This document shows positions 26,480 through 35,004 of a stretch of DNA of 64,000 nucleotides, in pieces. The stretch is from a virus. The position numbers and the translations under genes were made by a program. The stretch is taken from IMG/VR virus record IMGVR_UViG_3300027319_000001. One strand, 5' to 3'. The number at the start of each line of letters is the position of its first letter. The stretch's first letter is position 1. A model generated the notes under the pieces. The model had not been told where the DNA came from. It did no database searches and worked only from the letters and a program-made list of their open reading frames with translations.

Positions 26480-27547
26480 TTGGCCATCTCAATCATCACG
26501 GAAGTCTGGAAGAAGGCTCCCCGGGACATCAAAAACACCACACTTCTGGTGTTGCTGAAGCTGGCGGACAGCGCTTCCGAAGATTACCGGACAACATTCA
26601 TCGGTGTCGACCGGATCGCCAGGGAGGTCCGGGCGTCTAAGAAGACTGTCTACAACGCTCTGCGAACCCTCGAGGACCGGGGAATCATCGAAACGATCAT
26701 TGACGAGACTCCTCCAGGGCCGTATGAGTCTGCCGTCCGGTACATCACCCCGGCTGACACCTGGACTGAGCTCACAGAGCCGGACGAGGATGATGAGTTG
26801 GGATGCGTACCAACTGAGGAAAAAATTTCCTCAGTTGTGATGTCGGGTGACGGGAGTTGTGATGTATCAACTCCTGAGCGCGTACCAACTAGGGAAAAAA
26901 TTTCACCTAAACCGTCATATATAGATAGTTATATATCTTTGAGTTATCCCCCTTCGGGGGATAACTCTGTCGCGCCGGGGGCGCGACAGGGGCGCAAGCG
27001 CCGCAAGAAGAAGAAGGCCAAGGGGACTGGGCATGACCCCTACAACCCGGTTGAGAACCACCCGGATCTGATGGACCTGGTGGTCCGGGAAGAGCCTGAG
27101 CCGGAGCCCGAAACCCAGCATCGGTTCCAGATACCTGACCGGGATTCCTCCCAGGGGCTGGCCTACTACTTCACATTCAGGCTGGGGCCGGTACTGGGCA
27201 AGCTTGGCCAGATGGACCTTGCCAATCGCACCGCCCTGGCTCGGGCTTTCAGCCGCTGGCTCAAGTCCGGGCTCAGCCCGGACTACATCCGGAAGATGAT
27301 TGACGCCTACGCCAAAACCCCCGGATACCAGGCGGACGGGGTCACCCCTTGGAAGGACTTCTTGGCCAAACGGGCTCTGCTGCATAAGCACGTGGAGCGT
27401 GCCGAGCGTGAGCGGCTTATGGACGACCCTGCGGGCTACGAGGACCTGAAGTCCCAGCACGCGCCCTGGATTACTGAGAACGGAGAGTTTGACGAAGAGG
27501 CGTGGATGGCCTCCGTCATGGACGAAGTACGGAGGAAGGCCCGATGA
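26480..27547 (+). CDS. replication initiator-like protein (N-terminal winged-HTH)
   Basis: The N-terminus ..LLVLLKLADSASEDYRTTFIGVDRIAREVRASKKTVYNALRTLEDRGIIE is wHTH-like. It is followed by a DnaC-like loader and DnaB, and its linker region contains ori-like DNA. Confidence 0.6.
   Translation: MAISIITEVWKKAPRDIKNTTLLVLLKLADSASEDYRTTFIGVDRIAREVRASKKTVYNALRTLEDRGIIETIIDETPPGPYESAVRYITPADTWTELTEPDEDDELGCVPTEEKISSVVMSGDGSCDVSTPERVPTREKISPKPSYIDSYISLSYPPSGDNSVAPGARQGRKRRKKKKAKGTGHDPYNPVENHPDLMDLVVREEPEPEPETQHRFQIPDRDSSQGLAYYFTFRLGPVLGKLGQMDLANRTALARAFSRWLKSGLSPDYIRKMIDAYAKTPGYQADGVTPWKDFLAKRALLHKHVERAERERLMDDPAGYEDLKSQHAPWITENGEFDEEAWMASVMDEVRRKAR
26807..26988. other. candidate origin of replication embedded in the initiator gene
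   Basis: It contains 26-bp direct repeats, a 12-bp-arm palindrome, 11-bp repeats, a ~30-bp AT-rich patch and two GC hairpins. See the findings for coordinates. Confidence 0.5.
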
Positions 27548-28233
27548 GCGAGCAGGAGATCTACCAGCTGCCCATTGCGTCCGACGGCCCTGATTTGGCT
27601 CTTGCGATGCATCGGCGAGGGTTTCCTGCCAAGCACATCGCGCGGGGGATTGACGCTTGGGATGCCCATGACGCAGCCTCAGAGCGCGCTAGAGAGCTTT
27701 GCAGGGCGTTCGTGGGGGATTGGGTCAACCGCACGCAGATAGGCCCTGAGAACGCACGTGAGCGGCTTGGGAAGGGTCTTCTGATTTACGGCACGCCCAG
27801 CACCGGGAAGACGACGCTGGCTTGCGCGGTAGCGTACGAGATCCGCCGCCACGGCGCGGCCGTCCGGTTCATCACGGCGGCCGACTTCGTTGCCGCGCTA
27901 GGGGATGAAAACAAACTCCGTACGCTGGCCGAACGCGGTGATACGCGTGCGCTTGAGGAGTTCTGGGGGATCCGCCACCTGATCGCACATGTGCGGCGTG
28001 TGCCGCTGCTTGTGCTTGACGATCTCGGGCGTGAGCACCGCACGGCTACCGACATGGCGCGCGATGAGATTGCGCGTCTTCTGCGGCAGCGGCATGCGGC
28101 CGCGAAACCCACCATCGTGACCACGAATTTCCCGCCGGATGCGTGGCGGGACTTGTACGACCCGGCAACAGCCGAATTCGCCTATGAGGCATTCGACATG
28201 ATCAAACTTGTGGGGAAGGGGTTTCGGCGCTGA
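27544..28233 (+). CDS. DnaC/IstB-like AAA+ helicase loader
   Basis: Walker A GTPSTGKTTLA and Walker B LLVLDDLGRE are present. ATG 27544 overlaps the upstream stop (ATGA). Confidence 0.75.
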   Translation: MSEQEIYQLPIASDGPDLALAMHRRGFPAKHIARGIDAWDAHDAASERARELCRAFVGDWVNRTQIGPENARERLGKGLLIYGTPSTGKTTLACAVAYEIRRHGAAVRFITAADFVAALGDENKLRTLAERGDTRALEEFWGIRHLIAHVRRVPLLVLDDLGREHRTATDMARDEIARLLRQRHAAAKPTIVTTNFPPDAWRDLYDPATAEFAYEAFDMIKLVGKGFRR

Positions 28234-28514
28234 TGGTCATTAAAGATTCGCGCTGTTGCATCAAGGTTTTCCTGCGCAACGCCGTGGTTCCCAATCAGAT
28301 CGGTCCGGAAGAACGCACGGAGGTCATCAACCGTATGGAGCGTCTGATGGCGGTCGCCGCCTGGGAACAGGGTTATTACTTCAAAGAGACGAACATGTTC
28401 GTCGTCGACCGTGGCGAAAACGGCACGGAATATGCCGTGTTAGGGATCGGTTTCCCGCGTAGACGGGATATACTCTTTCTCGACCCTGCGGAGTATGGCC
28501 ATGGAGCATGGTGA
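28233..28514 (+). CDS. hypothetical protein
   Basis: 93-aa ORF coupled to the upstream stop. Confidence 0.5.
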   Translation: MVIKDSRCCIKVFLRNAVVPNQIGPEERTEVINRMERLMAVAAWEQGYYFKETNMFVVDRGENGTEYAVLGIGFPRRRDILFLDPAEYGHGAW

Positions 28515-28953
28515 CATCAGTAATCAGCTGCTTCCCAGGCTCCTGGTTGAGTGGGAGAACCTTCTTGGGATTCCTCCGCAGGATGCGAAATTCTGGAAGG
28601 ATCCCTACCGTGTACGCAGATCATGGCGGCTTAAGGATCCTTTGTCTCGGTGGCAGCTGAATGAGCTTGCCGCGAAGGCGATCACTAATCGTTCCTGGCT
28701 TGATTGCCAGGAGTATGAGGTGATCACCCTCGGTCCTCCGGAGTTCGCAGAGGCGCTTGCCAAGTATTTGGATCGTCAGGCTATCCCTGTTCGTTCTGTG
28801 TGGTCGTATGATCCGACCACGCTTGGCAAGAATTTGCCGAACATGAAGCACGTAGCTGCCATCTACACCGCCAACCCGCTGCACATCCTGAAGTACGGGC
28901 ATTGGGGTCGTTTGGTTACTGAGCACAACGTCACGGAGATTGGGCGCTTCTGA
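28495..28953 (+). CDS. hypothetical protein
   Basis: 152-aa ORF in the co-oriented string. Confidence 0.55.
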   Translation: MAMEHGDISNQLLPRLLVEWENLLGIPPQDAKFWKDPYRVRRSWRLKDPLSRWQLNELAAKAITNRSWLDCQEYEVITLGPPEFAEALAKYLDRQAIPVRSVWSYDPTTLGKNLPNMKHVAAIYTANPLHILKYGHWGRLVTEHNVTEIGRF

Positions 28954-28954
28954 C

Positions 28955-30232
28955 GTGGACGTTGAAAACCTTCTGATTTCCCGCGTGGTTGAAGAGGGGA
29001 CACTCGGTCCCGCAGCTAACATCACTCCGGATTGGTTTTCCGACCCCGCGTCTGCTCGGGTCTGGAAGCTGATCCTGGAGCACGTTTCCAAGTATGGCAA
29101 TGTTCCCTCTGTTGGGGTCGTCAAGTCCGATTACCCGACCTACAAGCTGGTCAAGTCCCCTGAAGGGCTTGAGTACCTGACAGAGCGGATGGTCAAGCAC
29201 CGGACTATGGCCATCATGGAACGTGCTATTCATGATGCCGCTCAGTACCACATGAGCGGGGATGTTGATCGTGTTCTTTCCAGGCTGCATGCGGCGCTCG
29301 CTGACGTTGCCAAGCTGGACATTCATTCAAGCGACGTTGATCTTGCAGAGAACATTGATGAGCGTCTGCAGCACTACCAGAAATTGTCTGAGCTGGCAGG
29401 TGGCCTTCGGGGCATTCCTAGCGGGTTTCCTTCTATTGACGAGTCACTTGGCGGTTTCCAGCCTGGCCAGCTGATCACATTCGTTGGTCCCCCTAAGGTC
29501 GGCAAAAGCACGTCGATGCTGCTCATGGCGAACGCCTCGAACATGAGCGGTAAGTCGCCACTGTTCGTCGGCTTCGAAATGAGCAATTTCGAGCAGATGG
29601 AACGCCTGGACGCCATTCGTGCGCAGGTGTCCCACACTCGTCTGATCCGCGGTACGCTCAATCTTGTTGAACGGAAGAAGCTCGTTAAGGCTGTCAATCT
29701 TGCTAAGAGGCTCCCCTCTTTCTACCTGACGCAGGACACAGGGTCTGTAATGACCCTGACTGGTTTGAGGACAAAGATTGAGTCCGTCAAGCCGGACATC
29801 GTCTTCGTTGACGGTGTCTACATGATGCAGGACGAAAACGGGGAGCCATCCGGGAGTCCTCAGGCCCTCACCAACATCACCCGTGGCTTGAAGCGCCTTG
29901 CGCAGCAGCTGCGACTTCCCATCGTCATTGCCACCCAGGCCCTTGAATCAAAAATGAGCGGAAACAAGCTGACTACGTATTCGGTCGGCTACAGCTCCAG
30001 TTTTGTACAGGACTCGGACGCTGTTTTTGGTGCAGAGCGTACCGAGGATCCGGGCATCATCAAGATCAAGCTGCTTCTTGCTCGTAATGCGCGTCCTATG
30101 GAAGCTTACTACCGGTGGATTTGGGATCCCCCGGTGTTTGAGGAGCTGCCGTATGACCCGTTTGGTGATGAGGGGGTCGCTGAAGAGTTCGGATCGTTCA
30201 AGGACGTTGACTTCTCGTTCTCGTACGCATGA
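28955..30232 (+). CDS. dnaB: DnaB-type replicative helicase
   Basis: ..SGFPSIDESLGGFQPGQLITFVGPPKVGKSTSML.. gives the RecA-fold Walker A, preceded by a DnaB-N-like domain. The start is GTG 28955 (alternative TTG 28940). Confidence 0.85.
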   Translation: MDVENLLISRVVEEGTLGPAANITPDWFSDPASARVWKLILEHVSKYGNVPSVGVVKSDYPTYKLVKSPEGLEYLTERMVKHRTMAIMERAIHDAAQYHMSGDVDRVLSRLHAALADVAKLDIHSSDVDLAENIDERLQHYQKLSELAGGLRGIPSGFPSIDESLGGFQPGQLITFVGPPKVGKSTSMLLMANASNMSGKSPLFVGFEMSNFEQMERLDAIRAQVSHTRLIRGTLNLVERKKLVKAVNLAKRLPSFYLTQDTGSVMTLTGLRTKIESVKPDIVFVDGVYMMQDENGEPSGSPQALTNITRGLKRLAQQLRLPIVIATQALESKMSGNKLTTYSVGYSSSFVQDSDAVFGAERTEDPGIIKIKLLLARNARPMEAYYRWIWDPPVFEELPYDPFGDEGVAEEFGSFKDVDFSFSYA

Positions 30233-31227
30233 TGAGGGGAAGAACTAGCCTTCGTAGGAAACCTCGGGAATCCAACAATGTGATCCCTGGGGACATCGTC
30301 GGGGCTGTTCACAAGCTCGGCATCAGGGTCAATCAGATAACGGATTCAGGGGAAATAAATTGCTGGTGCCCGGCCCACTTTGAGCGGTTGGGCCGGGCCG
30401 ACAGGAAGCCAAGCTTTAACATCAACATCGCCAAGGGCGTCTTCAACTGCTGGTCTTGTCACTTCTCCGGGAATTTTCCGCAGCTGGTCGCGTACATGCT
30501 TGGTGCGTCTATCGATGAGGCGATCAGCTGGATCCACAAGCAGGGAACGATCCAAGCTGTTCCACGGATACTCGCCAAAAGAGAAAAAGACAGCAGTGTA
30601 GAGGAAATAAGCGAGGCATCGCTTGCTCTGTTCGTTCCACCACCTCGGTGGGCTCTGCGTCGGCGCAGACTGACCATTGAGGCATGCGAGCGCTATGGGG
30701 TTCTGTGGGATCGGGAGCGTGATCTTTGGATTATCCCAGTAAGGGATGAGACTGGAAAGCTTATCGGCTGGCAGGAAAAAGCCGAAGACTATCGGTACTT
30801 CAGTAACTACCCCAAGCGCTTGAAGAAGAGTCATTGCCTGTTCGGGCTGGAAACTGTCCCGGTGGGTGTTGACCGAATGTTTCTCCTGGAATCCCCGCTT
30901 GATGCCGTGCTGATGCACTCTCTTGGGTATGAGGGAGCTGTTTCTTCCTACGGTGCGAGCGTTTCCGACGAGCAGTTCAAGCTCGTTCTTAAGCGGACAG
31001 ACTTGCTTATCTCGCTATTCGATGATGATGCTCCTGGCCGTCAGGCTCGGGACAAACTGTACGGAAGGTATATGGGAAGCGGGCTGAGGATTGCCGTTCC
31101 CGACTACCGGAAAATTCCGGGCCTTAAGGGGAAAGATCCGGGTGAGATGACCGAGGAACAGATCAGAATCATGGTGGAAACGGTGGTTCCGGCCACGCTT
31201 CTTCCCTTGCTTCGTGCACGGGAATAA
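30229..31227 (+). CDS. dnaG: DnaG-type primase (CHC2 zinc finger + TOPRIM)
   Basis: Zinc finger: CWCPAHFERLGRADRKPSFNINIAKGVFNCWSCHFSG. TOPRIM-like: ..LLESPLDAVL..LFDDDAPGRQA. Confidence 0.8.
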   Translation: MMRGRTSLRRKPRESNNVIPGDIVGAVHKLGIRVNQITDSGEINCWCPAHFERLGRADRKPSFNINIAKGVFNCWSCHFSGNFPQLVAYMLGASIDEAISWIHKQGTIQAVPRILAKREKDSSVEEISEASLALFVPPPRWALRRRRLTIEACERYGVLWDRERDLWIIPVRDETGKLIGWQEKAEDYRYFSNYPKRLKKSHCLFGLETVPVGVDRMFLLESPLDAVLMHSLGYEGAVSSYGASVSDEQFKLVLKRTDLLISLFDDDAPGRQARDKLYGRYMGSGLRIAVPDYRKIPGLKGKDPGEMTEEQIRIMVETVVPATLLPLLRARE

Positions 31228-31263
31228 CTCGAGTTGATCCGCCGCGTTCAAGTTTGTGTGGTG

Positions 31264-32817
31264 ATGAAGGTCCCGCTTTACCCGTACCAGGAACCGGCGG
31301 TTGACAAGCTGATCGAACGCGGGAACTTCTTGCTCGCGTTTGATATGGGTCTGGGAAAGACGATCACGGCGATAGCGGCGGCCGAGGAACTGCTCGGACT
31401 CGGCAAGATTGATCAGGTGCTGGTCCTGTGTCCTGCCGGGCTGAAGTGGCAGTGGGCAGCCGCTATCGCCAAGTACACCGATGTTGCGACCGAGGAGATC
31501 AAGGCTGGTGAGGATTACCTCATCGTGCCTGAGGAACGGTATTGCATCGTTGTTGACGGGGGGCCGGAGAAGCGTCGGCGCGCCTACGAGAAGATTTCGT
31601 CCCTCAATCCCCAGTACGTGATAGCCGGGTATCAGACGGTCGTAACGGATCGAGCACAGTTCCTGCGGATGCGTCCGGGTCTGATCATCGCGGACGAGAT
31701 GACCGTGATCAAAAATCCGGCAGCCAGGGTCACCCGGGCGGTCCGCAGGCTCAAAGCCCCCTACAAGCTCGGGCTTACCGGGACGCCTGTGGAGAATCGG
31801 CTGGAGGAGCTGTTCCAGCTTTATAGATGGCTAGATGCGGATTTGCTTGGCAGTGAGGTAGCCTTCGACCGGGCTTACATCATCCGCGACTATTGGGGGA
31901 ACGTAAAAGGCTACCGTAATACGCATGTCCTTCACAAGAAGGTCGCTCCCGCCATGCTTCGGCTGCGCGCTGACGACCCCCAGGTCGCGCCGTACATGCC
32001 AAAGCTCGACAGGGAGCGCTGGACGGTCCGCATGGATGATGCAACGGCGGCCGTGTACCGGAAGATCATGGCTGACCTCGCAGCCGAGCTTGAGCAGCTC
32101 CCGCGTCGGGAGCAGTTCGACGTCTTGTCCCATTACAACGGTGATCGTCCGGATGAGCGGACTCCTGCGGGCCGCGTCATGGCGGTGCATCTGGCGGCTC
32201 AGCAGCTGCTGACCCATCCTCCGCTCCTGGAGAGCAGCCCATCTCGATACGCCAGAACGCTGGTGGATTCTGGGGTGCTGGCAGGTCTTCCTGAGTCCGC
32301 CAAGCTCCTCAAGCTGAAAGAGGAGGTCTCCAGGATCCTGCGGGATGACCCAGCGTCGAAGATCATCATCGTGACCCGGTTCCGGGGACTGTTGGCATAC
32401 CTGGAAACCCTGTTTACCGGCCATGTCGTCTACCACGGAGGCATGAACGCAGCCAGCCGTCAGGCCGCCGTCAATGCTTTCCAGACCAATCCCGATCTCC
32501 GGCTCTTCCTCATGTCCCACGCTGGCGCGTACGGCGTCGACCTCCCCGCAGCGAACTGGTTGATCAACATTGACCCGGCTCGTAGCGCCGGGCAGCGTGC
32601 CCAGATTGACGCCCGGCACGTGCGTGCCAGCTCAGAGCATGAGCGTGTGAACGTGGTGGATCTTGTCACGGCGGGGACGATTGAGGAGCGCACCTATGAT
32701 CGTCTCGACCTGCGGGGACGTGTGGCGCGGGCTGTTGTTGACGGTGCAGCTGGCGGCATGATCACTGAAGAGGTGACGAGCCTGAGCGAGCACATCCGGC
32801 AGGTTCTCGCTGCGTGA
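31264..32817 (+). CDS. SNF2/RAD54-family helicase
   Basis: LYPYQEPAV..GLGKT (motif I) and DEMTVIKN (DExx) are followed by a helicase-C region. Confidence 0.8.
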   Translation: MKVPLYPYQEPAVDKLIERGNFLLAFDMGLGKTITAIAAAEELLGLGKIDQVLVLCPAGLKWQWAAAIAKYTDVATEEIKAGEDYLIVPEERYCIVVDGGPEKRRRAYEKISSLNPQYVIAGYQTVVTDRAQFLRMRPGLIIADEMTVIKNPAARVTRAVRRLKAPYKLGLTGTPVENRLEELFQLYRWLDADLLGSEVAFDRAYIIRDYWGNVKGYRNTHVLHKKVAPAMLRLRADDPQVAPYMPKLDRERWTVRMDDATAAVYRKIMADLAAELEQLPRREQFDVLSHYNGDRPDERTPAGRVMAVHLAAQQLLTHPPLLESSPSRYARTLVDSGVLAGLPESAKLLKLKEEVSRILRDDPASKIIIVTRFRGLLAYLETLFTGHVVYHGGMNAASRQAAVNAFQTNPDLRLFLMSHAGAYGVDLPAANWLINIDPARSAGQRAQIDARHVRASSEHERVNVVDLVTAGTIEERTYDRLDLRGRVARAVVDGAAGGMITEEVTSLSEHIRQVLAA

Positions 32818-33120
32818 CAGAATTGTTACCAATTTCTTGTTTGCCTGCGTCTGATCTGTATGTCCGTTTTGGTGCTAGTGTGACGCCATGTCTCCTCGTT
32901 GCCGATGTGGCGACACTAGCAAGCGCCTGTGGGAACGTTTCCATAACTGCGTAGAGTTGGTTAAACCAACTGTTATATGTCGTAGACCTCACAGAGTGTG
33001 ACATTACAAATAAACAGGCGCAATCGTGCAAGATGGTGTTGTGTCCGGCCCAAAACCGGAGTAAAGTAACGCCCCCTTGTGGGGGCGTACCAACTACCGA
33101 GACGGAAAGGACGCTCCTGC

Positions 33121-33603
33121 ATGCGTCGTGCTCGCCGCCCTCGTCGTATTAGACGAGTCCGGACCAGCACCAGTGATGCCACTGTGGGCATTGCGAGATT
33201 GACCGACGCTGAGCGTCTTTTCCGTCAGCTTCTGCAGCTTGAGCATCTTATACGGCGCAAGGACGAGATCCGTCGTGAGCTGCTGAAGATTGCCGAGGAA
33301 AGCGGATCGGTAGATGAAAAGGGCTCGCAGTATGTGGAGCTGACCACTCCGCTGACTGTGGGCGACACCACCTATAAGGGCTTTGTCCGCCGTCGGAAAG
33401 TAAGCACCACTCTTGACGAGGACAGAGTTCGCCAGCTGGCCGAAGAGAAGGGAATCACGGACCTTATCTACCGGCAGGTGACCATCACGGAGCTGGATAC
33501 GGACGCTCTCTACGCCTGCCAGCAAGAGGGCCGGATTACTGAGGCAGAGCTGGAGTCCTGTATCCGCACCGAAATCAAGTACGCCCTGGAGAAGATCAAG
33601 TGA
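33121..33603 (+). CDS. hypothetical protein, very basic N-terminus
   Basis: ATG 33121 follows RBS GAAAGGA. It is the in-frame subset of ORF 33079..33603. Confidence 0.5.
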   Translation: MRRARRPRRIRRVRTSTSDATVGIARLTDAERLFRQLLQLEHLIRRKDEIRRELLKIAEESGSVDEKGSQYVELTTPLTVGDTTYKGFVRRRKVSTTLDEDRVRQLAEEKGITDLIYRQVTITELDTDALYACQQEGRITEAELESCIRTEIKYALEKIK

Positions 33604-34007
33604 CCACCACTGTCCCGAGCAGCCTTCCCTGGAAGCCGACACCCAGGACCGATGGCGGTCGTGACCCTCTTGCTGGGCTCAAGGCCAGGGAATACCCGGT
33701 CAACGGGAAGAGGGTTCAGTTTTTTGACATTGGTCAGCTGGCTAAGGCTCTGAACAGGGAGAGCGTCACTCTGCGAAAGTGGGAGCGGGAGGGGATCATT
33801 CCTAAGCCGACCTTCCGTAAGAAGGGGAAGGATATTCGGGGATCACGCCGCCTGTACACGCGAGCCCAGGTCATTGGGCTCATCAAGATTGCTATCGAGG
33901 AGGGCGTCTTCTACCCGCATCAGCGCCCGATCCGGGAGACGCAGTTCGCGGCGAAGGCGCACAAGCTGTTTGCGGACCTGCGGAGGGAAGAGGCGGTCGC
34001 TGCGTGA
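33600..34007 (+). CDS. MerR/excisionase-type HTH DNA-binding protein
   Basis: ..FFDIGQLAKALNRESVTLRKWEREGIIPKP...RLYTRAQV is the MerR-like HTH pattern. Confidence 0.55.
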   Translation: MTTTVPSSLPWKPTPRTDGGRDPLAGLKAREYPVNGKRVQFFDIGQLAKALNRESVTLRKWEREGIIPKPTFRKKGKDIRGSRRLYTRAQVIGLIKIAIEEGVFYPHQRPIRETQFAAKAHKLFADLRREEAVAA

Positions 34008-34234
34008 GGATATCTCGCACTATAACGCATCACATAAATACCGGACCGTACGAATTCCGGGAAGATGCGATAACGGTAGAAATTTCCGACGAAGACTACC
34101 CTGGTAAGACGCCTGACGAGCTTCTTGATATCGCGGAAGAAATGATCAATGATCACTTCCGTCCGATTCTTAGGAAGATCTCGCAGTACGCGTCTGATGA
34201 TAGTTATGTGCATCTGATGAAAGGTGATAGGTGA
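34004..34234 (+). CDS. hypothetical protein
   Basis: 76-aa ORF with a coupled GTG start. Confidence 0.4.
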   Translation: MRISRTITHHINTGPYEFREDAITVEISDEDYPGKTPDELLDIAEEMINDHFRPILRKISQYASDDSYVHLMKGDR

Positions 34235-34240
34235 TCAGTG

Positions 34241-34921
34241 ATGGCGCGCCCTGTGCGTCGTGCCGTGAGGCGGCATGATGAGCCGTATGACTCTGACGTG
34301 GATGCGCCCGACAATTACGAGCAGCAGGGCTCTGCTTCACGTCCTGGTATCGTGCGGCGATCTTCCCAGGTGTCTCGCGGCTGGGACGCGGTTAAGCGTC
34401 TTTCTCATGCCACGCGTCGCACCAAGTACCTCAAGCTTGGTGATGGTGACTCGGTCACCGTGAAGTTCCTCGAAAAGGATCCATTCGCCACCTACCACGC
34501 TCATTGGGTCGGGGGAAAGACGTACACCGGTCCTGAGGAAGATTGCCCTCTGTGTGAGATCGGTGATCCGCCTCGGCATTACATCCTTTTCAACGTGGTG
34601 GATGTGGCCACGCGGGAGGTCATGATCTGGCGTACCGGTCTCCGTACCGCCAACACCCTCCATTCCTTTTCGGAAAAGCCCAGGACGAATCCGATCAACC
34701 GGGACGACCTGTACTGGGAGATCAAGCGGACCGGTACCGGCGTCAGCACCAACTATCTGATTTATCCGGTTGACCAGTCCGTCGTGGAGGCGGATGGGCT
34801 CACGCTGATCGGAAAGGACGAGCTGGAGAGGCTTAATGGGGAGGCATACGATGCCTCCGTTGTCTACTACAACTCCCGTGAGGAACTTGAGGACGTCGCT
34901 GATCAGCTGAGTTCTTCCTGA
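34241..34921 (+). CDS. hypothetical protein, possibly gp32-like ssDNA-binding (H..H..CxxC)
   Basis: The H/C cluster YHAHW..(13)..CPLCEIG is reminiscent of the gp32 zinc site, and the gene sits next to the polymerase. The functional call is weak. Confidence 0.35.
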   Translation: MARPVRRAVRRHDEPYDSDVDAPDNYEQQGSASRPGIVRRSSQVSRGWDAVKRLSHATRRTKYLKLGDGDSVTVKFLEKDPFATYHAHWVGGKTYTGPEEDCPLCEIGDPPRHYILFNVVDVATREVMIWRTGLRTANTLHSFSEKPRTNPINRDDLYWEIKRTGTGVSTNYLIYPVDQSVVEADGLTLIGKDELERLNGEAYDASVVYYNSREELEDVADQLSSS

Positions 34922-35004
34922 TCGGCACAAACGGCCCGCTCGCTGGTGCCTGACCACCATCAGCGAGCGGGCCGTCACTTCCGCGCAATAATCAGAGGGG
35001 AATC

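Noticed and set aside
32888-33001. 37-codon Cys-rich ORF (MSPRCRCGDTSKRLWERFHNC..) in the 32.8-33.1 kb gap
   Set aside because: Its third-position GC is low (about 45% by hand count) compared with real genes here. It has no RBS and overlaps the hairpin and palindrome.
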